Source: Opitutia bacterium
GTDB lineage: Bacteria > Verrucomicrobiota > Verrucomicrobiia > Opitutales > Seribacteraceae
Reading direction: 5' to 3'
NCBI GenBank assembly: GCA_002686835.1
Contig: NYYP01000011.1
Location: forward strand, 15,751-79,750
Length of the DNA: 64,000 nt
Each line of letters opens with the position of its first letter. The stretch's first letter is position 1. The notes under the pieces are model-generated. The model was not told the origin of the DNA, made no database searches, and worked only from the letters and a program-made list of their open reading frames with translations. Shown here piece by piece: positions 8,881 through 18,445 of this stretch. Both the position numbers and the translations under genes were made by a program.

Positions 8881-10767
8881 TTAATCAGATTCGTAATAAG
8901 TGTATCCTCTGAGACTGTCCCGATAAGTGGACACTAATTCTTTTAATTCGCCAAGGGTTGCTCCATGCTCCTTTACTGCCCGTTCTGCCCGGGCCTTAAA
9001 TTTCTCCAACAATCTCTTGGGTTCATATTCCACATAACTGAGAACTTCCGATACGGTATCTCCTTCCACTTCATCAAGAAGTTCAAACTCACCATCCACT
9101 TTTAAGCGGATGGTAACGACATTGGTATCCCCAAAAAGGTTATGTAAATCACCAAGCGTTTCCTGATATGCACCCACGAAGAAAGCACCCAAATAGTACT
9201 CCTCATCTTCCCGCAGGCTATGTAATGGAAGGCAGTCAGAAACACCATCTCCCACCACAAATCGGTCAATCCGTCCATCGCTATCGCAAGTCACATCACA
9301 GAGAACCGCGTTTCGATCCGGTTTCTCGTGCAGACGAGTGAGAGGTATAATGGGATGTAGTTGATCTATCGCCCAAACATCAGGCAGGCTCTGAAACAGA
9401 GAAAAATTACAGTGGTAAATATCTGCCATCCCCTGCACTCGCAGGTTCAATTCCTCACTCCATTCCGTATCCGCAAGTTCCTGCATCATCAATCGGATCT
9501 GCCACAATACTCGTTGATGCGCTCGTTCCGCCCTTGCCAGAACAGGGAGGGAAAGCCTGCCTCTGCGGAATAGGGCTCTTAGTTCATCCCGGTAATAAGT
9601 GGCATCGTTGAGGGACTCCAGGAGGCTGTCCAACTTCAGATCGTCAGAAATTTCGACTAGGGAACATAAAAGAGGATGGTCTGCATCCTCTGCTAAAACC
9701 ACCGCATTACTTTCATAGCTGGTACTTTCAAGAACACTGAAAAGCAACATGGAAGACTGGGCAACGCAGGCTCGTCCACTCTCTGTGACAATGCAGGGAT
9801 GCTTCACTCCTGCATCATTCATTTCAAACCCAACCGTTTCCACCAAACTATAGCAATATTCCTCCAAGGAATAATTGATTGAATTTGGACTGGATGAATT
9901 TTCACCGGTGTAATCCACGCCCAATCCACCCCCCAGATCGAGATACTGTAAGTTGGCACCAAGTTTACGAATCTCAATAAACAGTCTGCTTGCTTCCTGA
10001 GCAAACTTTCGGATTTCGACCATATTGGGGACTTGGCTACCAAGATGGGAATGTTGCAGAACCAAGCAATCGAGCAAGTCTTCCTCTCTCAAAGTTTCCA
10101 CCACCTCCACCACCTGAGCAATGGATAATCCAAAAGATGACCGGTCCCCGCTGGTGGCAGCCCAGTTTCCGCTCACTATGTTAACCAACTTTACCCTGAC
10201 CCCCAGTGTGGGTGGAATGCCAAGCTCCCTTGAAACCTCTATGATTAATTTCAATTCCCGGACACTCTCCATAACAATGACGGTGTTCATGCCCAGTTTA
10301 GAGGAAAGTAAGGCAAGACGAATAAATTCAGAATCTTTGTATCCGTTACAAATAATCAATGCCTCCGGGTTAACATTTTGAGCAAGAGCAATCAAAAGCT
10401 CTGCCTTGGAACCTACTTCTAGACCAAAATGAAAAGCCTCGCCATATTCGGAAACCCGTTCCACCACATGAGCCTGTTGGTTAACTTTGATGGGAAAAAC
10501 ACCCCGGTAATCACCTTTATAATCAACTCGCTGGATCGCATCCTTAAAACTCTCATTGATCGCTTTGATACGGTGCTCCAAAAAATTGGAAACTCTGAGT
10601 AGAACGGGGGTTTGTATGCCTCGCTGTTCCAGCTTGTGGATCACTTCAGCCAGATCGACCGGTTTGCTCTCTGAAGACAAGGGATCATTCAAGGCAACAT
10701 TTCCATTCTCAAGAACTCCAACCAATCCGTCACCCCATCGGGTGATACCATAAATATCATGTTCCAT
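8881..10767 (-). CDS. speA: Biosynthetic arginine decarboxylase
   Basis: FPIKVNQ, CNGYKD, HLGSQ, DLGGGLGVDY, SLPDVWAIDQ and TCDSDG motifs. Confidence 0.95.
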   Translation of the reverse strand: MEHDIYGITRWGDGLVGVLENGNVALNDPLSSESKPVDLAEVIHKLEQRGIQTPVLLRVSNFLEHRIKAINESFKDAIQRVDYKGDYRGVFPIKVNQQAHVVERVSEYGEAFHFGLEVGSKAELLIALAQNVNPEALIICNGYKDSEFIRLALLSSKLGMNTVIVMESVRELKLIIEVSRELGIPPTLGVRVKLVNIVSGNWAATSGDRSSFGLSIAQVVEVVETLREEDLLDCLVLQHSHLGSQVPNMVEIRKFAQEASRLFIEIRKLGANLQYLDLGGGLGVDYTGENSSSPNSINYSLEEYCYSLVETVGFEMNDAGVKHPCIVTESGRACVAQSSMLLFSVLESTSYESNAVVLAEDADHPLLCSLVEISDDLKLDSLLESLNDATYYRDELRALFRRGRLSLPVLARAERAHQRVLWQIRLMMQELADTEWSEELNLRVQGMADIYHCNFSLFQSLPDVWAIDQLHPIIPLTRLHEKPDRNAVLCDVTCDSDGRIDRFVVGDGVSDCLPLHSLREDEEYYLGAFFVGAYQETLGDLHNLFGDTNVVTIRLKVDGEFELLDEVEGDTVSEVLSYVEYEPKRLLEKFKARAERAVKEHGATLGELKELVSTYRDSLRGYTYYESD

Positions 10768-10815
10768 GAGAAGTTTCCTAGCCTGGTGATCCTTGGGGAA
10801 AAGGTTTAAAAAAAG

Positions 10816-10893
10816 TGGTCGGGACGGTGAGATTCGAACTCACGGCCTCCTGCTCCCAAAGCAGGCGCGCTAACCAGACTACGCTACGTCCCG
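10816..10893 (-). tRNA. tRNA-Pro(TGG)
   Basis: CGGGACG...CGTCCCG acceptor stem, CCTGC-TTTGGGA-GCAGG anticodon arm, GTTCGAATC T-loop and encoded CCA. Confidence 0.97.
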
Positions 10894-10985
10894 GAACCAA
10901 AGCACACATTTATGAACTATTTTTTTCGGCTTGGCAAAACCAATTCCATCACAATCACAATTTGTTGGAATTTGTTTGGCAAAAC

Positions 10986-11005
10986 ACATCAACGCATCAT
11001 GATAT
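10986..11005 (+). promoter_or_regulatory. Candidate SahR-type operator overlapping the metH promoter
   Basis: ACATCAA-N6-ATGATAT imperfect 20-bp palindrome, 12 nt before the metH ATG, overlapping TTGGCA-N16-CATGAT. Confidence 0.45.
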
Positions 11006-11017
11006 GATGATACGTTT

Positions 11018-14000
11018 ATGAAAGACTACAGCAAGAATCGACCCGACGAATCAGACATCCGTGAAATTATGGATAAAAGAATTCTGATTTTGGATGGTGC
11101 AATGGGAACCATGATTCAGCAGGTAAAACTGGGTGAAGAGGATTTCCGTGGTGATTTATTTAAAAAACATGTCGGAGAACTTAAGGGGAACAATGACTTG
11201 CTCAGCCTTACACGCCCAGATGTAATCAGAAATATTCACAAGTCTTATTTTGCGGCGGGTAGTGACCTGGTCGAGACCAATACTTTTAGTGCCACAAGCA
11301 TTGCCATGGCAGATTACCACCTAGAGGATGTAGTTCATGATTTAAATGTGGCATCCGCAAAACTGGCCAGAGAAGCAGCTGACGAGGCCATGGCGAAAGA
11401 CCCCTCTCGTCCAAGATTTGTTGCCGGTGCTATTGGACCGACCAACCGGACTGCGTCCCTGTCCCCTGATGTCAATGACCCCTCCAAGCGCAATGTAACC
11501 TTTGATCAACTGGTCGATTCCTACTACGCTCAGATTGCAGCTCTGGTTGAGGGTGGAGTGGATATTCTCATGCCAGAGACCACTTTTGACACACTAAATT
11601 TAAAGGCTGCCATCTTTGCTTTGGAGAACTTTTTCGATTTCTCAGGTCGGCGCTTGCCTGTCATTCTTTCTATAACGATTACCGACGCATCCGGCCGTAC
11701 CCTATCTGGCCAGACCACAGAGGCATGCTGGAATTCAATCGCCCACGCAAAACCATTAGGTGTGGGATTAAACTGTGCATTGGGTGCGGATGCGATGCGT
11801 CCCTACCTCCAAGCCCTTTCCCAAAATGCGGATTGTTTTGTGCATTGTTACCCAAATGCAGGCTTGCCTAATCCACTTGCGCCCACCGGATACGATGAAA
11901 AGCCTGCCGATACCGCTGGTGCACTTTTCACCTTTGCGGATGAAGGTCTATTAAACATGGCTGGAGGTTGTTGTGGCACAACTCCTGATCATATTCATGC
12001 CATAGCTGAAAAATTAGCGGAAGCTGCACCCAGAAATATTGCAGAAATTGATCCTGCAATGCGGTTGAGTGGATTGGAGCCATTCGAAATAAAAGGGGAA
12101 TCAAAGTCTTTGATCATGGTAGGTGAGCGCACCAATGTGACTGGATCACCAAAATTCCGAAAACTGATTGAAGATGGGGATTATGACTCCGCTCTCAAGG
12201 TGGCCAAACAACAGGTAGAGAATGGCGCCAATGTCATCGATGTAAATTTTGATGCTGCCCTTCTAGATGGCGAGGAATGCATGACTAAATTTCTCAACCT
12301 GGTCGTATCTGAACCTGATATTTCCCGGGTTCCAATCATGATCGACAGTTCAAAATGGTCGGTCATTGAAGCAGGGCTGAAAGTGATTCAGGGGAAATGC
12401 ATTATCAACTCAATTAGCTTAAAAGAGGGAGAAGAAACCTTTAAGAAGCATGCCCACCTTGCCATGAGATATGGGGCGGCTGTTGTGGTGATGGCCTTTG
12501 ATGAAAAAGGTCAGGCTGCGACCTTCGATGATAAAGTCCGAATTTGTAAGCGGGCATACAATATCCTTGTGGATGAGGTGAATTTCCCGGCCTGTGATAT
12601 TATCTTTGATCCCAATGTGCTCACTCTGGCCACAGGAATGGATGAGCATAATGCTTACGGGCTGGACTTCATTGATGCAGTCCGAGAAATCAAGAAGCGT
12701 TGTCCACATGCCCGCACCAGCGGAGGAATTAGCAATGTTTCCTTCTCTTTCCGGGGAAATAACCTGGTTCGTGAAGCGATGCATGCATGCTTTCTCTATC
12801 ACGGGTGTCAGGCGGGGCTGGACATGGGTATTGTGAACGCCGGTATGCTGGCAGTCTACGATGAGATTGAGCCAGAACTACGCAAGCGGGTGGAAGCAGT
12901 GGTACTCAACCAGTCTAAAAATGCCGGAGAAGAACTGCTGGCTCACGCCGAAAGCATCAAAGACCAGAATGAAAACCGAAAATCCGATGGACCAGACCTA
13001 TCATGGCGCGAAAAACCAGTGGCGGAAAGACTGAGTTACTCATTGGTCAAAGGAATTGGTGATTATGCTGAAGAAGATGCCGAAGAAGCACGACAGCTTC
13101 TCGGTCGCCCATTGGAGGTTATTGAAGGCCCACTGATGGATGGAATGAAGGTTGTGGGCGACCTCTTTGGGGATGGTAAGATGTTCCTTCCCCAGGTTGT
13201 CAAGAGTGCCAGGGTGATGAAAAAAGCAGTGGCCTACCTCGAACCTTTCATGGAGGAGGAAAAAGATGAATCCGGATCCGGGAAGCGGGGCACCATGGTC
13301 ATTGCCACCGTCAAAGGGGATGTCCATGACATTGGCAAAAATATCGTTGGGGTGGTTCTCGCCTGCAATAACTGGGAGGTCATCGATCTTGGCGTAATGG
13401 TATCCTGTGATAAAATTCTTGATGCCGTCGTGGAGCACAACGCCGATGTACTCGGCCTAAGTGGTTTGATCACCCCATCTTTGGATGAAATGATTCACAA
13501 CGCCAGGGAGATGCAAAGACGCGGCCTGAAGATTCCTCTTTTAATTGGTGGTGCCACCACCAGTCGGGCCCATACTGCGATTAAAATTGCACAGCATTAT
13601 GATCCACCGGTCATCCAGGTGGCTGATGCATCGTTGGTAGTCAATGTGTGCAATGATGTCCTCCATCCAGAAAAATCCGAACAATACATTTCCACTTTGA
13701 AGGCAGACCAGGCACGCATTCGTGAAAAACATGAGGCTCAGGGTGAAAGGCCGCTTCTGACCATAGAGGAAGCCAGACGGAAAGCCCCAGTGATTGATTG
13801 GAAGAAGCAGGAAATTGCAGAGCCTATCACGGACAACCTCGGCACCCACTTACTCACTCCATCCCTTGAAGAAGTACTGGAGTATTTTGATTGGTCTCCT
13901 TTTTTCTGGGCATGGGAACTCAAAGGTACCTATCCTCAAATTTTCGAAAAGAAAAACACCGGAGAAGAAGCGAAAAAACTTTTTGCCCAGGCACAGGAAC

Positions 14001-14731
14001 TCCTTGAGGAGATCCTTGAGCAAAAACTTTTTATTTGTCAGGCGGTGGTCGGATTGTGGCCCGCACATGCAATCGCTGACGACGTGGAATTATTTTCGGA
14101 CCTGTCCAAACAAAAGAGTGTTGGGAAATTCTGCTTTGTGCGCCGCCAGCAGGTTATCCCCAACCAGGCACAATTCTGTTTATCTGACTACATAGCACCC
14201 AAAGCATCAGGCAGAATGGACTACCTTGGTGCCTTTGCTGTTAATGCTGGTAAAGAAGTGGACGAATTGGCAGACAAATATAAAGCAGATAACGATGATT
14301 TTACCTCCATTTTGGTAAAGTCACTGGGAGATCGTTTTGCCGAAGCCACTGCAGAATATGCCCACAAAAAAATTCGCGACCTTTGGGGGTTTGGAGAATC
14401 AGAAGGACTGAGCAATGAGGACTACATTGCAGAAAAATACCAAGGGATCCGTCCAGCTGCCGGTTATCCCTGCCAACCTGATCATACCGAGAAGGATTTA
14501 ATCTGGGAACTACTTGATGTGAAAAATAAAATCGGGCTTGAACTGACGGAGTCGCGGGCGATGAATCCTGGATGCTCGGTTTCCGGTTTGTACTTCTCCA
14601 ATCCACAATCCCGCTACTTTAATGTGGGAAGCCTGGGCAAGGATCAGGTCGAGGATTACGCCAAACGCAAGGGATGGGATTTTGAGCAGGCAGTTAAATG
14701 GTTACGCCCCAACCTTGGTTTTGATGCCTGA
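11018..14731 (+). CDS. metH: Cobalamin-dependent methionine synthase
   Basis: [27 protein letters not shown]...SGL B12 motif and RPAAGYP; 1237 aa. Confidence 0.98.
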   Translation: MKDYSKNRPDESDIREIMDKRILILDGAMGTMIQQVKLGEEDFRGDLFKKHVGELKGNNDLLSLTRPDVIRNIHKSYFAAGSDLVETNTFSATSIAMADYHLEDVVHDLNVASAKLAREAADEAMAKDPSRPRFVAGAIGPTNRTASLSPDVNDPSKRNVTFDQLVDSYYAQIAALVEGGVDILMPETTFDTLNLKAAIFALENFFDFSGRRLPVILSITITDASGRTLSGQTTEACWNSIAHAKPLGVGLNCALGADAMRPYLQALSQNADCFVHCYPNAGLPNPLAPTGYDEKPADTAGALFTFADEGLLNMAGGCCGTTPDHIHAIAEKLAEAAPRNIAEIDPAMRLSGLEPFEIKGESKSLIMVGERTNVTGSPKFRKLIEDGDYDSALKVAKQQVENGANVIDVNFDAALLDGEECMTKFLNLVVSEPDISRVPIMIDSSKWSVIEAGLKVIQGKCIINSISLKEGEETFKKHAHLAMRYGAAVVVMAFDEKGQAATFDDKVRICKRAYNILVDEVNFPACDIIFDPNVLTLATGMDEHNAYGLDFIDAVREIKKRCPHARTSGGISNVSFSFRGNNLVREAMHACFLYHGCQAGLDMGIVNAGMLAVYDEIEPELRKRVEAVVLNQSKNAGEELLAHAESIKDQNENRKSDGPDLSWREKPVAERLSYSLVKGIGDYAEEDAEEARQLLGRPLEVIEGPLMDGMKVVGDLFGDGKMFLPQVVKSARVMKKAVAYLEPFMEEEKDESGSGKRGTMVIATVKGDVHDIGKNIVGVVLACNNWEVIDLGVMVSCDKILDAVVEHNADVLGLSGLITPSLDEMIHNAREMQRRGLKIPLLIGGATTSRAHTAIKIAQHYDPPVIQVADASLVVNVCNDVLHPEKSEQYISTLKADQARIREKHEAQGERPLLTIEEARRKAPVIDWKKQEIAEPITDNLGTHLLTPSLEEVLEYFDWSPFFWAWELKGTYPQIFEKKNTGEEAKKLFAQAQELLEEILEQKLFICQAVVGLWPAHAIADDVELFSDLSKQKSVGKFCFVRRQQVIPNQAQFCLSDYIAPKASGRMDYLGAFAVNAGKEVDELADKYKADNDDFTSILVKSLGDRFAEATAEYAHKKIRDLWGFGESEGLSNEDYIAEKYQGIRPAAGYPCQPDHTEKDLIWELLDVKNKIGLELTESRAMNPGCSVSGLYFSNPQSRYFNVGSLGKDQVEDYAKRKGWDFEQAVKWLRPNLGFDA

Positions 14732-14772
14732 TCTAATTTTCACAGCTTAGTTTTCTACTTTCCCCTTTGGCA

Positions 14773-14801
14773 TTGCAGGAGACTGCAGGAAAAAGTATAA
14801 C
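14773..14801 (+). promoter_or_regulatory. Sigma70-like promoter of thrS
   Basis: TTGCAG-N17-TATAAC, 9 nt before the ATG. Confidence 0.5.
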
Positions 14802-14810
14802 CTTTCGGCT

Positions 14811-16655
14811 ATGAAGGAAATGTCTCCCCTTGAGGAAATACGCCATTCTGCTGCACATGTTCTCGCCACCGCGGTCCTCCGCTTGTACCCGGACACACAG
14901 TTGGACATCGGCCCACCAACTGATACTGGTTTTTACTACGATTTTGATTCAGAGATTCCCTTCACTCCAGAAATTCTCGAGCAAATCGAGGAGGAGATGA
15001 AAAAAGTCATCAAAGAAAACCAGCGTTTTGAAAGACAAGAGGTCAGCCGACAAGAAGCCGTTTCCATAATTAAGGAGATGGGTCAATCTACCTTCAAGTT
15101 GGGCAGGTTGGATGATATTCCTGAAGGAGAAACTATATCCTTTTACCGCAATGGAGAATTTCTTGACCTTTGTGCGGGAAGCCATGTTTCATACACCAAG
15201 AAAATTAAGGCTTTTAAACTTCTCCATGTTGCGGGTTCCTATCATCGCGGTGACTCCTCCCAAAAACAGCTCCAACGGATTTACGGAACCGCTTTCGCCT
15301 CAAAAGAAGAACTTACCCAGCACCTGGAGCGTTTGGAAGAGGCAAAAAAGAGGGATCACCGCGTGGTCGGAAAAGATCTTGGCCTCTTTCATATCGATGA
15401 GCAAGTTGGGCAGGGTCTTGTTCTGTGGAAGCCCAACGGAGCCATAATCCGACAGGAACTGGAGGGCTTTATTACTGAACAATTGAACAAACAGGGCTAT
15501 TCTCAGGTCTACACCCCCCATATTGGCAAGCTCGACCTCTATCGCACTTCAGGTCATTTCCCCTATTATCAGGACTCCCAGTATCCCCCAATCATTCATC
15601 GTGAATGCCTCGATGAATTGGCCGGGGAAGGATGCACTTGTTCGGAATTATCAAACAAGCTGGAAAAAGGAGAAATTGACGGGTATTTGCTCAAGCCGAT
15701 GAACTGCCCCATGCATATACGCATTTTTAAATCCGAGCAGCGCTCCTATCGCGACCTGCCGGTAAGATTAGCTGAATTTGGTACAGTTTATCGCTGGGAA
15801 CAATCCGGTGAACTCAACGGAATGACCAGGGTGCGTGGATTTACCCAGGATGATGCTCATTTATTTATCCGCGAGGATCAATTGCAGGATGAGGTTCAGG
15901 GATGCCTTAGCCTGGTTAAACTGGTGTTTTCTACCTTGGGGATGGATAACTACAGAATAAGGGTTAGTTTAAGAGATCCTGAATCAGATAAATATGTTGG
16001 GGCACCCGAAGCTTGGGACAAGGCGGAAGCAGCCTTGCGTGAAGCCGTCAAAACCCTTGGTGTGGAATATGAGGAAGAGCTCGGCGAAGCTGCTTTTTAT
16101 GGGCCAAAAATTGATTTTGTAGTCAAGGATGTAATCGGTCGGGAATGGCAACTGGGAACGGTGCAGGTGGACTACAACCTACCCGAGAGATTTGATCTGT
16201 CCTATGTGGGCAGTGATAATCAGGACCATCGCCCTGTGATGATTCACCGGGCTCCGTTTGGATCGATGGAACGGTTTTGTGGAGTGCTGATCGAACATTT
16301 TGGAGGCAACTTTCCAACCTGGCTTGCTCCCGAACAGGTACGGATTCTGCCTATGAATGATGACTTGCTTCCCTACGCAGAATCCTGCCTGCAACAACTG
16401 CAGGCTAAAAAGGTCCGGGCAAGCATCGACGCTCAGTCAGCTAAGCTCGGTGCAAAAATCCGCCGGGCAGAAACCGACAAAATCCCCCACATGGTCGTGA
16501 TCGGCAAACGGGAAGCAGAGGAAGGGAAAATTTCTCTTCGCTCCAGAAGTAATCCCGAATTGGATGGCCCACACACAATTGATGCTGCCATAAGTTTGAT
16601 CGGCGAGGAAATTTCCTTAAAATCATTACCAAAATCAAGAAAACCTTCCCAGTAA
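14811..16655 (+). CDS. thrS: Threonyl-tRNA synthetase
   Basis: RHSAAH, DLCAGSH, KPMNCP, RVRGFTQDDAH, FYGPKID and IHRAPFGS motifs. Confidence 0.98.
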   Translation: MKEMSPLEEIRHSAAHVLATAVLRLYPDTQLDIGPPTDTGFYYDFDSEIPFTPEILEQIEEEMKKVIKENQRFERQEVSRQEAVSIIKEMGQSTFKLGRLDDIPEGETISFYRNGEFLDLCAGSHVSYTKKIKAFKLLHVAGSYHRGDSSQKQLQRIYGTAFASKEELTQHLERLEEAKKRDHRVVGKDLGLFHIDEQVGQGLVLWKPNGAIIRQELEGFITEQLNKQGYSQVYTPHIGKLDLYRTSGHFPYYQDSQYPPIIHRECLDELAGEGCTCSELSNKLEKGEIDGYLLKPMNCPMHIRIFKSEQRSYRDLPVRLAEFGTVYRWEQSGELNGMTRVRGFTQDDAHLFIREDQLQDEVQGCLSLVKLVFSTLGMDNYRIRVSLRDPESDKYVGAPEAWDKAEAALREAVKTLGVEYEEELGEAAFYGPKIDFVVKDVIGREWQLGTVQVDYNLPERFDLSYVGSDNQDHRPVMIHRAPFGSMERFCGVLIEHFGGNFPTWLAPEQVRILPMNDDLLPYAESCLQQLQAKKVRASIDAQSAKLGAKIRRAETDKIPHMVVIGKREAEEGKISLRSRSNPELDGPHTIDAAISLIGEEISLKSLPKSRKPSQ

Positions 16656-16718
16656 ATAAATTCGTCACCGGACATGTGTAATTTGTCCACAAAAGCTACA
16701 GGCAATAGGGCTTGTGAT

Positions 16719-17012
16719 ATGACTCAATCGATAAATACCAATCGACTTCATCGGGTGCTTTCCCTCCCTTTTTTGATTGTTATTCGATTTTACCGCCTGT
16801 TTTCTCCACTCAAGCAACTCGTGCTTGGTCCTTACGCAAGGTGCAGGTTTCACCCAACTTGTTCTGAATACGCCCTGGAATGCTTTCGTATCCTACCTCT
16901 ACACCGAGCGATCCAACGGTCCCTTTCCCGGATTTTAAAATGCAACCCCATGCACCCAGGTGGATACGATCCGGTTAATCCGGACTGTGAAACAAAAACT
17001 TACCCTGGTTGA
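16719..17012 (+). CDS. yidD: Membrane protein insertion efficiency factor
   Basis: CRFHPTCSEYA...RILKCNPMHPGGYDPV motif. Confidence 0.92.
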   Translation: MTQSINTNRLHRVLSLPFLIVIRFYRLFSPLKQLVLGPYARCRFHPTCSEYALECFRILPLHRAIQRSLSRILKCNPMHPGGYDPVNPDCETKTYPG

Positions 17013-18445
17013 TGACGACAACAACAAAAACTGCTCCTACAATCTGTAGGTTTGGTGATGACCTAACCGGTTATTTGGACGGCTTAATTGAAAAATCCAG
17101 GATTTCAAAAAAAAGACTCATCAGCTCGATTTCCTTCCAAACCAGTTTTTCCGACCCTCTGGCAATCCTTGAGAAACTTCATCAAACAAATGACCCTCAC
17201 TGTTACTTTGAGAAAGCTACCGATGATTTTGCCATCGCCTGCGGCGGATATCTTGCCCACCACCAATGCAATGGACCTCATAGATTTCAGCTCGCTAAGG
17301 AATGGTCCGCTAAACTTTTTCAGTCCGTGGATCGGGCCGGAGATGCCCCGATTGCAGGATCAGGCCCAACCATCTTTTTAACCGCCTCGTTTGAAGCTGA
17401 ATTTACTGATCATTCCCAGCCCTCGCTCACGGTTTTTTTGCCCGAATGGCAGGTAATTCAAAAAGGTGGCGAGCATATCATCATCCTCAACACGCAAATC
17501 AATCCTGATTCAATTGCCAATCAAATCCAAAAAGATTTGAATAGTCGGCTCATCTCAATGATGGGGCTTAGAAACGAAAAAGTTTCTGATCAGCGTTCCC
17601 ACCTTACTAAATTGGGTGAACCAATAGAATATTTTGAGTACGAACAAGGCGTTGAACAATCTCTTGATGCAATCAATGCAGGAGAACTTTCTAAAATTGT
17701 ACTCGCAAGGCAACTCACCTTTGATCTTAGTTCCGACCTTTCTCCTTTTTCAATTGCTCACGGCTTGCGTGCCAGATTCCCAGACTGCCATTCGTTCTCT
17801 CTATCTCTTCCACAGCAAGGAACATGGGTGGGAGCCAGTCCAGAAACCCTTGCCCGCATTCGCGGTCTTTCCTTACGCACGGAAGCACTGGCAGGATCAG
17901 CACCACGCGGACCATCAGCCGGCAAGGATGCACATTGGGGAAAAACCATTCTGGCCCGGGAAAAAGAAGTCCGTGAACACAGGTTGGTGATTGAGAGTAT
18001 TATCCGAAGGCTATCCTCGGCTGGGATTACCTCCATAAAAGAAGAACTCCCTCGCCTACTACGCCTCGCCAACCTGCAACATGTTCGCACTCCTCTTCAA
18101 GGTAAACTCCCCGAAGGACTCCACCCCTTTGATGTTTTATCCAATCTTCATCCCACACCTGCAATGGGGGGAACTCCTCGTCCCGCTGCCCTGGCTAAAC
18201 TGGCAGATATTGAGAAAGCTCCCCGAGGACTCTACTCAGGGGTTGCCGGATGGATGGACGCAAAGGGAAGAGCAGAATTTATTGTTCCCATTCGTTGTGG
18301 AAGAATACAGCAAAATTCACTCACTCTGTTTGCCGGTGCCGGGATCGTTGAAGGGTCCATCCCTGAGAACGAAAAATGTGAAACAGACTGGAAACTGCAA
18401 GCCATGCTTGAAGTCATTACCGGAAGTCCTAATCTTCCGAGTTGA
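17009..18445 (+). CDS. menF: Isochorismate synthase
   Basis: KIVLAR, GASPE, EALAGS, LHPTPA and FAGAGIV motifs; abuts menD. Confidence 0.88.
   Translation: MMTTTTKTAPTICRFGDDLTGYLDGLIEKSRISKKRLISSISFQTSFSDPLAILEKLHQTNDPHCYFEKATDDFAIACGGYLAHHQCNGPHRFQLAKEWSAKLFQSVDRAGDAPIAGSGPTIFLTASFEAEFTDHSQPSLTVFLPEWQVIQKGGEHIIILNTQINPDSIANQIQKDLNSRLISMMGLRNEKVSDQRSHLTKLGEPIEYFEYEQGVEQSLDAINAGELSKIVLARQLTFDLSSDLSPFSIAHGLRARFPDCHSFSLSLPQQGTWVGASPETLARIRGLSLRTEALAGSAPRGPSAGKDAHWGKTILAREKEVREHRLVIESIIRRLSSAGITSIKEELPRLLRLANLQHVRTPLQGKLPEGLHPFDVLSNLHPTPAMGGTPRPAALAKLADIEKAPRGLYSGVAGWMDAKGRAEFIVPIRCGRIQQNSLTLFAGAGIVEGSIPENEKCETDWKLQAMLEVITGSPNLPS

Noticed and set aside
10815-11021. 68-aa ORF MVGTVRFELTAS...
   Set aside because: It is the antisense translation of tRNA-Pro.
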